A stretch of 63,659 bases of DNA, counting the filler, from Octopus bimaculoides (lineage: Eukaryota): assembly GCF_001194135.2 (NCBI RefSeq). It is 8 parts of 7 records of this genome, joined end to end, with 100 filler letters (N's around TTAATTAATTAA, not from the genome) between each part and the next. Parts side by side here need not be neighbours in the genome. Positions count along the whole stretch, not along the records: positions 35,552 to 47,573 come from NC_069001.1; positions 47,674 to 58,507 come from NC_068982.1; 6 more parts are not named here. One strand, written 5' to 3'. The position numbers and the translations under genes are program-made. The notes under the pieces are model-generated. The model was not told where the DNA came from and ran no database searches. It saw only the letters and a program-made list of their open reading frames with translations. Shown here one piece after another: positions 39,445-51,110 of this stretch. The first letter of the stretch is position 1. Every line of letters starts with the position of its first letter.

Positions 39445-40191
39445 AGCATACTTTATGTGAATTATTGAGGAATATTTTTATAGAAGATTCAGAAAATAAC
39501 TACTTTACATATTGTTTTCAAAATTTGATATGACGCCAGAAATTCGGGTAAGCAGAGATATAAGATTAAATCGAACCCCGTACTGTACTTATAGTACTTA
39601 TTTTATGGAACTCGAAATTATAAAAGGGACAGTCGACTCCGACGGCGTTTGAATTCAGAATATAAAGACAGACGTACTTCTGCTAGGCATTTTTCGTGGC
39701 GTGCTCATGATTTTGCTACTTCTCCCTCCTGCCATTATTTCATGAAATTCAATGAAAAACACATTTTTTAGAATTAATAAAATTATTAAGCATTTCATTT
39801 CCATTTTTATATCTCAATCTTCAAGAGGTTTAAAAAAGAGAAAATAAAACGAAAATAGGGATTAGTCAATCAAAGGCTTATCTGTGCACACATTTAGATA
39901 ATGGATGAGCTGCTATGCGACAATGAATAGCTTTAGAGGGAAGTAAATGACAATACCCACACATATAATGTATGGAATAAAAGCAACAGATGGAGTCAAG
40001 CAAAACTCCCATCAGAAGTGGAATTTTCCACATTTCTAACATTCTGTTTACAAACTTCAGGTGGGCTCGTGGAAGAAAATCAGCAGAGTTATAGAATTTG
40101 TTGTATATAGTTTTTAGAACAGATTATTTGTACATCTTTTGAAGGAGAGAAAGAGGAGGAAACACGCACGCACATACTGAACTATATAGAC

Positions 40192-40717
40192 CAGGGGTCA
40201 CCAAATATGTTTACTGCATGCCAGATAGCTGAGATAATGACGAGCGAGGGCTTTATAACCACTTTGCTCTATACAATACTGTGAATGCACAAAAAATAAA
40301 GATAACCAACAGATTTATCTACCAAAATGTTATCAAAGAAAGGCGACACTAGAAATAAGATAATTATATCACACCCAGTGCGCTCATAAACTAAACAGCA
40401 AAAAAAGATTAGGGAGTTTTGTTAAACTAGAGTTTAGCATTTAAGATATCAATATTTGCTTTTGAATTGCTGCATCCAGACAAGACAATTGTTTTCAAAT
40501 GTTCATCAGTCAACTTCGTTCGATGTGCTCACTTTACATACTTCAGTTCTGAAAATGTTTGCTCACAGACATAAGTTGTTCCAAACACTGATGCCATACT
40601 AAAGAAAAATGAACTCTCATTGCAGGTACTTACACAAAAGGTACACAGTGGCAGCGAGTGGGGTGAACTGAGCTCGCAGGCCGTATCCGGCCCCCGGCCG
40701 TAGTTTGGTGACCGCAG
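40192..40717 (-). mobile_element. Internally deleted hAT element (526 bp) with transposase dimerisation-domain remnant
   Basis: TIRs CAGGGGTCACCAAA / TTTGGTGACCGCAG; 8-bp TSD ATATAGAC / ATATAAAC; minus translation MASVFGTTYVCEQTFSELKYVK*AHRTKLTDEHL. Confidence 0.9.
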
Positions 40718-41029
40718 ATATAAACAATAGGAATTTTTTGAACGCACATACACACATATATGATTACATATACGTATGTGTGGATAGTAACAAGGTTGGC
40801 CAAAATCCACATATCAAAATATTTGATAATTCATTTATATTACTTTATTATTGATTATGATCGTCTTGTAGAAGTACGTGTGTATTCATCACTATTTTAT
40901 TTATATTATTTAATTTAAGAAAAATTGAAGCATGTCTTTGACAATTCTATAGCGTCTTGAATATATACTGTACGTGAATTTTGGCCCAAATTGAATGTAT
41001 GTATGAGTATATATATATATATAGTTTTT

Positions 41030-41353
41030 ATTTCAGAGACGAGGAATTCTGTACGTTATTTACATTGGAAGTATATCTGTCCTCATCTTGTTTTTGTTAC
41101 CACATCAAACCCACAGCATATACCGTAATTAAGAGCGCGGGCTACTAAACCCAAGATTGCGAGTTCAATTCCAAGCTGTGCCTTACATGAATAATAATAA
41201 TAGTAGTAGTAGTAGTAGTAGTAGTAATTATTAGCATAAGATACATTAGCAATGAGAAGCTAGGGTTGGGTTCAATATTCTACCAGGATACCTGATGAAG
41301 GGTGGAGAGTAAATAAGCCGAAACGTTGATATCGAGACATATCCGTCCAATGT

Positions 41354-41362
<9 letters not shown>
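41030..41362 (+). mobile_element. tRNA-headed, hammerhead-containing short element preceded by an inverted copy of its own family's 3' tail
   Basis: 41109-41175 tRNA-like head with GAGTTCAATTCC B-box; (AAT/AGT)n; CUGAUGA at 41292-41298 and GAAACGUU at 41320-41327; 41030-41105 matches the 3' tail seen at 58290-58377. Confidence 0.75.
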
Positions 41363-41395
<33 letters not shown>

Positions 41396-41724
41396 AGGAG
41401 CACTCAGTCGGTTACAACGACAAGGGTCTGAGCTGATACAATCAACGGAACAACCTGCTCGTAAAATTAACGTGCATGTGACTGAGCACTCCACAGACAC
41501 CTGTACCCTTAATGTAGTTCCCAGGGAGATTCAGCGTGGCACGGCGTGTAACAAGGATGACTCCTTAAAATGCAGGTACTATTCATTTTTGCCAGCTGAG
41601 TGGACGGGATCAACGTGAAATAAAGTGTCTTGCTCAAGGACAAAATGCGTCACCAGGAATTGAATTCACAATCTTACGATCTTGAGCAGTATGTCCTAAT
41701 AACCACTAAGCCACGTGCCTTCAC
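41396..41724 (-). mobile_element. SINE family D: different head and CORE-like centre, same 3' tail as family C
   Basis: CCTTGAGCAAGACACTTTATTTCAC CORE-like motif on minus; tail alignable with 30663-30840. Confidence 0.85.
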
Positions 41725-42541
41725 TGTGTGTGCATATATATGTGTGTGTGTGTGTGTGTGTGTCTGTGTGTGTGTGTGTGTGTGTATGGATTTCTGATAA
41801 TGGAAAATATGCAGAAAATATCAAACAGAAAGTGTGGATGCCGGAAGAAGTAGCGCTAACGTTTATGTCTTCTTTAATTAATACCTAATGACACGATATG
41901 ATTAATATATTTTCCTTTTGGAAAATTTGAACTGGCCTCAGTAATTGGGTATCATGCTTCCGGCGGAAATGTTTGTATTTGTTGTTTCTTTGCTGAGAGC
42001 GGGTCTGCTTTGAACCATGTCTAAAAACATACATTTACATACATTTCAAATGAACCCATTTTCTGCTTGCTGTGAAAATTCACCATAAGTATATGAAAGC
42101 TTAAAACTCATGACCAGAGTAAATTCTAAGACACTATATCTAAACTTATCCTGTGCAATACAATAGATACGTAACTCTAAAACCCAGTACTTTTGGGGTA
42201 TTTCTTGTTACATACTTAACAATTTTTGAGGGCTTACCTATTGATTTTTATTGATGTTGCTGTACATTACATAATTGCGTCGTTATATGATAATATTTGT
42301 TCTATTTGCTTCCATCTTTTACGCTAACACATTACTTAAGTCATCGAACTTAAGTAATCCTAAGATTCCACTTGGAAGGGTTTAGATGAATAAATCAAAC
42401 CAGAGCTAAATATTATGTGTGGTACTAACTCTGTCGTTTTCTTTTGGTCGACGCACTTGTTTATGGCAACAAAACACAAAACAGAGGAGACAAAACTTGC
42501 ATGCACACTCACACACATACGTACACACGTACACTCACATC

Positions 42542-42574
<33 letters not shown>

Positions 42575-43415
42575 NNNNNNNNNNNNNNNNNNNNNNNNNN
42601 NNNNNNNNNNNNNNNNNNNNNNNNNNNNNNNNNNNNNNNNNNNNNNNNNNNNNNNNNNNNNNNNNNNNNNNNNNNNNNNNNNNNNNNNNNNNNNNNNNNN
42701 NNNNNNNNNNNNNNNNNNNNNNNNNNNNNNNNNNNNNNNNNNNNNNNNNNNNNNNNNNNNNNNNNNNNNNNNNNNNNNNNNNNNNNNNNNNNNNNNNNNN
42801 NNNNNNNNNNNNNNNNNNNNNNNNNNNNNNNNNNNNNNNNNNNNNNNNNNNNNNNNNNNNNNNNNNNNNNNNNNNNNNNNNNNNNNNNNNNNNNNNNNNN
42901 NNNNNNNNNNNNNNNNNNNNNNNNNNNNNNNNNNNNNNNNNNNNNNNNNNNNNNNNNNNNNNNNNNNNNNNNNNNNNNNNNNNNNNNNNNNNNNNNNNNN
43001 NNNNNNNNNNNNNNNNNNNNNNNNNNNNNNNNNNNNNNNNNNNNATATATATATATATATATATAAACCCTCGAACAGACAGTTAACAGCGACGCCTCTT
43101 GGGTTCGACTACTTCACATTGATAAAGGGCAAATACCCTGAAATTAGTTTGTGGATGTCTGAACCACCATGGAGAAGCTGATGACCTCCCCTGTTCGAAC
43201 TTTGTAATGGACACAGGCTTGTGTGTGATATAGCTAGCTAGAGGCAATGGCCTGTTGTAGCTAATCAACAACAAAATTTGTCCTATTTTTTCTGGACTGC
43301 CATGTTTGCTTGGCGATAAATATTAATACCCAGTACTGCTGCCGTAGTCACCTATGGAGAGATTTAGAATGGCCTAGCATATAAAAAAATCTGAAAATTC
43401 AGAAAAAATTGTACT

Positions 43416-43672
43416 ACACGTGTATAAGGGATGACCACTAGGTGGACATCCAATATGCTAGAAAGAGGTCATCAACGACCCAACCAAAAGTAAAAATAAT
43501 GTCCTTCAGAAAAATTTTGCAAAACGCCAAAACAGGACAAAATGAGAAATATACAGAATAAAGAGTTATCTATGGACTGCAGTTTCGAACATTAACGTGT
43601 GGTTGGGTCGTTGATGACCTCTTTCTAGCATATTGGATGTCAATCTAGTAGTCATCCCTTATATACATGTGT
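43416..43672. mobile_element. MITE-like fold-back element, about 70-bp inverted arms, 113-bp spacer
   Basis: 43416-43486 versus 43600-43672, about four mismatches and one 2-bp indel. Confidence 0.75.
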
Positions 43673-43978
43673 GTATGTATATATATATATTATTTTACTT
43701 GCTTCAGTCATTTGTCTGTGCCCCTGCTGAAACATGTAGGTATGTATGTATGTATGAATGTATGTATATGTGCATACACAGACATGACGGCATTTCACAA
43801 AGTCTTCAACAACATTCATTCTCAAACCACTCGTTTGTCAGCGACTACACGTGAACATGCTTGTCCACGTAACCGCGCAGTGAGGCACTACGGCAAACAC
43901 GTGCAAAATGAGCGTTTTAACTTCGCAGCCATACCTCTACGTATGACTGAGGTTTTTCTTGTTAATAATTTTAAGATG

Positions 43979-44199
43979 TAAGGTGGCGAGCTGGAAGAAT
44001 CATAAGTATGTAGACCAAAACGCCTACCCACATGTCTTCTGTCTTTAGGTTCTGACTTCAAATTCTGTCACGGTCGACTTTGCCATTCATCCTTTCGTGC
44101 TCAATAAAGTAAGTGCCAGTTGAGGACAGGCATCGGTGTATTCGACTTAGGCCCTCCCTCGTAATTGCTGGTCTTATGCCAAAATGTGCAACCAGTATT
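43979..44199 (+). mobile_element. SINE family A
   Basis: TAAGGTGGCGAGCTGG head, central domain, tail. Confidence 0.85.
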
Positions 44200-45229
44200 T
44201 TTTATTAGCTTTGATGTAGAGATGTACACTATTTTATAATGTGAATTGAATGAGGTTTGGCTCTTTTCTTACCCATATAATTCAATAAACTTATGTTGTT
44301 TCGCATAATTCTCTGTTGAATGAGAAAAATTATGGTCAATAGAATTCCATACATGACCATCTCCTAGTAGTCTTACTGTACATATACCCACTATTCAATG
44401 TTATCCTAATCCTTTCAAATAGTGGTTGATAAACCGGGGGATAGTTTTCCCTCTCCAGCGACTACGTAAACCCGTCTCTCATGGTCTCCTATTGAGTTAA
44501 ACTCTAGATTTCCTGTGACAGCTCATCCCTGACCGAACAAGATATTTGGTTATTTCTAGCGGGTCAAATAACCATGTAAAGACTCCCACCTTTACTCGTC
44601 AGTCTCTTGTATTAGTAATTTTGCATTGTGTAGCTATGTATTGGTGCAGAGAGGGACCTGAATGTCCATTGCTATCGCATTCTTCCCTTTTTGTCGATGC
44701 TATTTTTCTATCAAAGTACGATGCGATCAATTTCGTTTTTAAATTAGTAAAACAAAATTGTTCACTTCTTAACAGTAGAACCCGAAGTAGATAAAGTTAT
44801 AAATAACCTGTGTATAATCAGTTAAAAGCGTTTGGGAAAAAGAAGTCAAAGGATGCCCATGGGCCTGGAACCTATATTTTCTGTAAACCTGATGTGTTCT
44901 AACATTAGACCAAATGAAACATTCGAATTTTTCTATCCATTTTAAACTCTTTTCTTACCGTCGAGAATTGAAAGTTGTTTACGCCATGAGAATTCAGAGA
45001 TTCAAAAGACATGAAATAGTTTGTTTTAACCCATTATTTATATGCTTAGCTCTTTGGAGTTCCACATTTAAAAGCAAACTATCTCACGTTTCTTCAGTTT
45101 TCTCAATTCTCATCAGTAAATAATATAAGAAAGGTTTCTTTCGTTTTCAATTCATCCTTTCTATTATTGTCACAAAGCATGAACTTTGTGAGGAGGGTTT
45201 GATAAATAACTACTAGCATTCACCTAGTA

Positions 45230-45430
45230 CAGTGATACCTCGCATTACGAGTTAAGTTCGTTCCATGACCGAGATCGTTTGATGATTTACTCGTTTTACA
45301 AATCAATTTTCCTCATTGAAATTAACCGAAATATAATTAATCCGTTCGTTCCAGCCTCGCAAATCCACAGAAAAAGCATTTTTTAAAATGAATTTTAAAA
45401 CAGAAAATGTGTGGTCACAATTAAAATGAC
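45230..45430 (+). mobile_element. Tigger/pogo-like DNA transposon terminus
   Basis: TA|CAGTGATACCTCGCATTACGAG matches the Tigger-type TIR start CAGTNNNCCTCG after TA; no partner end found. Confidence 0.6.
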
Positions 45431-47367
45431 AATTTAAAAAAAGAGAATGCAAAAAAATATGTAAACTAGTTTTATTAATTGAATTACCTTAAATTGAGGG
45501 CTAAAGGTAGGAAGGAACAATAGTTGGTAGACTTTTATAACAGTAAATTCTAATTTTGAAATATTATAATTACTTTTTATTAAAACGCAATTATCACTTT
45601 TGCTGAATTTTGTATTGCGTCAGTCATTTCACTCATTATTCTAATTTAAATTTGCTAAAACCGTTTCGGAACAGAAAAGAAAAAGAAAAAGAAAAGTGAA
45701 CACTATGAGCAATAAAACAGCAAAGTGGAAAATTCACATTGTTAAGGATATATCATAACCTAACCAACTTTCTTTTGGAGTGTGTTGCCAGGCCTGTTGT
45801 TATATCCGCACCAATCAAGGAGTAAATAGTTCGAACATTATCGTATGTTTAATTAATTACCTTACAGAGGATGAAGCCAGCAATAAGCACTTATCGATGC
45901 TATATCGTTGAGCTACTTCACCCAAGAACTAATATTAAACGAAAGATCGCTAAATCGTTCTGAAACACTAATTTCATTATCATGGACGTAGATAAAGCAA
46001 AAGCCGTAAAGGTGAGAGAGATTATATCAAAATATGGCATTTGTTCAAAATACACCCACCAGTATAAATACTTAATACAATGTACTATATAAATGATGGT
46101 GATTGTTATAGAGTAGTTAGGGGCATCTATTTATTGGTGTGTCGATTTTGCAGTGTAGTTTCGATTCTCCTGCGGAATTAAATTAAATTCAGACTTTTAT
46201 TGTTTCTTTAACTTCTTTCTAAACATAAAATGTCTCACCAATCGCAATATCCTATTCTCTGAATACAATGAAAATTTACACCCACAGATGGGTAAATTTT
46301 AATTAAAAAAAAAAAAAAATAACTAAACTAATCTAAATAATAAATAATCAACAAGTAATTCAGACTATGTAACTTCCAGTGTGTAATCGATTGTGTTGAT
46401 AAAGTCGATCGACGAGAATCCTGAATATTATTGATATTTGCTATATCGATCATTTCCCTCTAGCAGCTTCTTACCAATATTGGATTTATATTCAGGCACT
46501 TAGCCTATTTTCGCAGTGTATCTATACATGTTGACTCGTCTATACTTACATGTATAATGCTTATTTCAAAGATCTTGAGCAGAGGTGGCGGTGGTGGTAG
46601 GGGTTTGTAGTGGTTGTATTTATTGCTGTCAGCCTCATTATCGTATACATTTCTGAAGTAAGTATGGCGGTTTTAAAGTTTAGAGAAAACAGAAATTCAG
46701 CTTCTGTGTCTTTCCCGAAAGCACCTTTATTGTAAATTTTGTTTTGATTTCATTGGAATAGTAACTTCCTTCTCGTCTCAGCTTTCGGGAATTAACACTT
46801 GGGCTAAGACATATATATGTGAGTTCATTGTTTTTTATTATTTGATCTGAAATAATACCTGATTAAGCAAACACATAATGAGTATATGACTATTGGAACT
46901 GATGCTGTATTGACAGAGAATATCAAATACTGCATTATCGAGTGTATGGTTTATTTATATTTCAAGGTATAAGGTACAGTTTAAGTGATAATTGATTGCT
47001 ATTAATTGATTGCCGGACAAACACCCACATACATGTGCCTCTAGATTTCATCTCAAATTGATTCATCATATTGGCACAGGTTGTGACACTTCTAAAGAAG
47101 AAGTGAATTCGATGTCTCTGAGTATTTATTAACTAAGTGACACAAGCTAATTAACAAAACTTTTAGATTTACAATCATGATCTACAACATAAGTTTTAGA
47201 TTTACAATCATTCAGGTATTTTTACCCCGCCCAGGGAAATTCTAAGAGATATATTTTAATTCCTGATATCATTTATACTATATTCCCTGTCAGCCTCGCT
47301 TGTTGCTATGTAAACTTATGTACATATTTTGTATTAAATGTATCTAATACATTTACTATACCGACTT

Positions 47368-47402
<35 letters not shown>

Positions 47403-47510
47403 TGCACGCACACACACACACACACACACACAAACAAACAAACAAACAAACAAACAAACAAAAAGATAAAGAGAGCAAAGGTAAGGTTGGAGAAGTATTT
47501 TATGGATAGA

Positions 47511-47559
47511 GTCTTACAGCTGTTTCTGGGAAGATCCAGTACTTCCCTTCATCGGAGAC
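47511..47559 (-). ncRNA. Minimal type I hammerhead with U4C core variant
   Basis: Minus: GUCU-CCGAUGA-A-GGGAAG-UACUGGAU-CUUCCC-A-GAAAC-AGCU-GUA-AGAC; palindromic stem III ACAGCUGU. Confidence 0.7.
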
Positions 47560-48519
47560 AGAAAAATAAAGTANNNNNNNNNNNNNNNNNNNNNNNNNNN
47601 NNNNNNNNNNNNNNNNNTTAATTAATTAANNNNNNNNNNNNNNNNNNNNNNNNNNNNNNNNNNNNNNNNNNNNTATACATATATTTATATATATATTATA
47701 TATATATACATATAGCCTGATAGACCCTGCTATGTCAAGATGGACTTATATATTCTTCCTCTGCTCTCTCCCACTTGGTTTTAATATGTTGCCACATTTG
47801 TAATATGTCTTTTTTCTACATTTTTTCGTGCAGCTGAAGATTGCTCTTCATATTGCATTTAAGGTAATGCTCACATTACTTAAATAAATTGAAGTAGCAT
47901 GAAACGTGCGTACTGCAATCACTTTTGAAATCCGTGTTGCTTATTATTTGATATACATATATATATATATATTATTTATATTACTATTATATATATTTTG
48001 TATATATATGGTGTGTATGTATATATATGTATATGATTGTGTGTGAGTGTGTGAGTACATGCGTGCGTGTATGCACATATGAATGTACGCATGCATGTAC
48101 CTATAGTTACATACGCACAAGCATGATTACGGTTTAATATACTTATCAGTAGGTGGGCGTATGATTGGCATAAAATAAAGTACTAATCAAATACTGGAGT
48201 CAATATAGTCGTCTACAACTTTTTTTCGAAATTTATAGCCACTTGCCTACAATAGAAATCAATGTTTTCCTTACAACTCTGTGTATGAGATTGGCATAAA
48301 TGAATGTTATACCGGTAAAAATCTCTTTTGGTAAATTTTCCCTGCAAAACAATAGAGTTCCCATCAATAGAGTTCCCGATAAAATGTCGAGTTGTTTTTG
48401 GTTATGTCCCATTGCATTTAGATTTCAAATAATCTTTCAAGACTTGATGATAATTAACTGTTTTTTCTAAGCTATGAATGTTTGATATTCTGCCAATGTA
48501 AGTAACCATTATTACTGGT

Positions 48520-48888
48520 GTGATCGTCAGCAAAATGAACAAATTGCTTTGAGGCACATTTCACCCGTCTCAACGTTCCGAGTTCAAATTCCGCCGAAAT
48601 CGACTTTGCTTTTAATCCTTTCGAGGTCGATAAAATAAGTACTAGTTAAGCACGGCGTGGGGTGAGTCGATGTTATCGACTATCTTTCCTCTCCCCATTA
48701 AGTTTCAGGCCTTGTGCCTATAATAAAAAGAACTATTATTATAACTGACATTAAGGAGCTGGCCGAATCTTTAGTACGCCGAACAAAATGCTTAGCAGCA
48801 TTTTGTCCGCCTTTACGTTCTGAGTTCAAATTCCGCCGAGGTCGACTTTGTCTTTTGTCCTTTTGGGGTCGATCAAATAAGTACCAGT
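48520..48888 (+). mobile_element. Two tandem SINE family A copies; the second is interrupted at 48889 and resumes near 49299
   Basis: Heads, central domains and tails readable; continuation ATGGGGCTGATGCAATCGACTT after the insert. Confidence 0.85.
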
Positions 48889-49298
48889 TGTCACGTGACA
48901 ACTTACTGGGGCTGCCTGCTGGAGCCTAGCAGAGGGTAAGACTACGCGCATTCCATTGGTCAGTTAAAATCTAGACAGTGTTACGTGACAACTTGCTGGG
49001 GATGCCTGCTGGAGCCTAGCAGCAGGTATTTAAAGGGAAATTTGACAAGACAGTCAGTCGGCCGCTGACACTCGTTGACGCTGCATCGAAGAGGCCAGGG
49101 AACAGAAGAAAGAAGACATGCACTCAACACCAGAGCTGAAGACACCTCCGAAAGGGAGTGGGGGGCGCCACGTCAAAACAGTAGAGGAGTAGGGGCCGAA
49201 ACCGGACATGGTTCCTCCTGATGATGTCTTGAGCTAACAGGATCCTATAAAGGAACTGTTGTGGTAGCAGACCTACGAAACATGGTTGAAATTCCTCA
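48889..49298 (+). mobile_element. Solo-LTR-like insert (410 bp) inside a SINE
   Basis: Starts TGTCACG, ends TCCTCA; TATTTAAAGGG followed about 25 bp later by a TCAGTC initiator-like motif; internal about 45-bp duplication; no clear TSD. Confidence 0.55.
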
Positions 49299-50320
49299 GA
49301 TGGGGCTGATGCAATCGACTTGCTCCCTCTCCAAAATTGACTTTGCCTTTTATTCTGTCGAAGATATAATAAGTACCAGTTGAACACTAGGGTCAATGTA
49401 ATCGATTAGTTCCTTCCTTCCATTTTCAGATTATACTGGCATTGATTTCGGTGGTGAGCAAATCAATGACTTACTGTTATTTCCAATATTTAGATTATGT
49501 TCCTTAATTTTCTAAGTTCAAATTCCTTTGGTATCCAATTTTACCTTTCATCCTCACGGGATCGAAAACATAAATACCAGTAAACACTGGAATCGATTTA
49601 ATCGATAATACCGCCATCACCACTACCCATTAAAATGTGCGCAGAATGCTACTGTTGGAAATAGTAATTATTTATTGTTAGCACTGATTTTGGCGATCAA
49701 TAAAGCACTGGACCTAATTATGTTTTTATGTTTTCCGTTGAAATCCCTCTGGGTTCGATTTTTGCTTACCATCCTTCCGGAGTCAATAGCATAAATATAT
49801 AAATACATGCATCTATATTATCTGTGCACTTTATTCAGACTTGTGTTAAACAAATATGCCTTTTCAATATAATTTTGTGGCTTTTTGCCAAAATCAGAAA
49901 TATATTTTCCGTTGTTTAGTTCTACTCTTTCAATTATGCTTTTATTTTACTTCTCGTAGTTGCACTAAAAAACCACAATTACAATACCACTACCTTCTCC
50001 CTGTAGAAGGTAGAACCCCAAAAAGCAATCAAAATCTTAGCGCTTCCTGTTTGCAGGTACCAAAACAATGAGACGCAGCCAATACTTTTACATGATCGCC
50101 CGGACTTCAAGAAATAGCAACCAAATCTTACCCAAATAGATACTTCTTTAATACGTCTGATTAAAAAAGGATGAAGAGTCCTAAATAAGCTATGTCTAGT
50201 GAGACTCATGATTGATCACGGGGTTTTTTTTTGTTTCTTTTTTGTACATGACAGACATAGGGCAACGCATCAACAACAATAACAGGCAGGCAAAAACTGG
50301 AGTATCAGAATTATTCAAGC

Positions 50321-50895
50321 TCGTAACAAATAACTGCCAGCCAAGTATAGCTTCCTATACGGGACAGTGCACCCAAAAACTCGAGACCGTGTGTATCACA
50401 TAAGGCTAGGGCTGGGAACGATGACTTCCCCTCGGAAATACTAATCGGACACAGAATGTGTGTCGTTCGGCAGCTGGAAGAGATGTCTTCCTGGAGCATT
50501 GTCCCGTATAGGACACCATACTTGGTTGGCAATTATATGTTACGATTCCGTATTGCTACTGTCTACATCTCGGTCAGAGATTTAATATAACTTATTTCTT
50601 CTTTTACGAGATCAGCAACGGTTCGTCGCTGAAAAAGGCATATAGTATTATATATATTATATTTTTAGCACACGCTGAAGACGGGTAACCACCCAGAAAC
50701 TCGAGTTCGTGTGTGTCACGTAAGGCTAAGGTTGGAAGCGATGACTTCACCTTTCAAATACTAATGAGATGTCTTCCTGGGGCTATAAACGTTAGTAGCA
50801 CTGTCCCGTATAGGATGTCACACTTGGATGGCATTTATATGTTACGATTCCGTATTGCTACTGTTTACATCTCGCTCAGAGATTTAATATAGTGT
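50321..50895 (+). mobile_element. Retrozyme/Penelope-like non-autonomous element: inverted 5' piece plus partial tandem dimer, 320-bp period
   Basis: 50370-50590 repeats at 50690-50890; 50321-50370 is the reverse complement of 50496-50545. Confidence 0.8.
50669..50713 (+). ncRNA. Minimal type I hammerhead ribozyme
   Basis: CACACG-CUGAAGA-C-GGGU-AACC-ACCC-A-GAAAC-UCGA-GUU-CGUGUG; 6-bp stem I, palindromic stem III ACUCGAGU. Confidence 0.88.
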
Positions 50896-50904
50896 GTATA
50901 TATG

Positions 50905-50929
<25 letters not shown>

Positions 50930-50942
<13 letters not shown>

Positions 50943-51110
50943 TCCCCTACAACCGCTTAATAACCGGTGTTGTGTTTACATTCCCGTAACCTTACAGTTC
51001 GGCAAAGGCGATCGATAAAATAAAAAATGCACTGGAATCGATTCATTCGACTATAATTCTTCAAGGTTTATAATACAGCACGACCACAGTCGAATGACTA
51101 AAAAAAAAGT
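50930..51110 (+). mobile_element. 3' module of SINE family B
   Basis: TTTGTCCCC..ACCGCTT..AACCGGTGTTG...ATGACTAAAA after (TG)n. Confidence 0.7.

Noticed and set aside
43160-43205. CUGAUGA followed by GAAC
   Set aside because: No stem II or stem III pairing.
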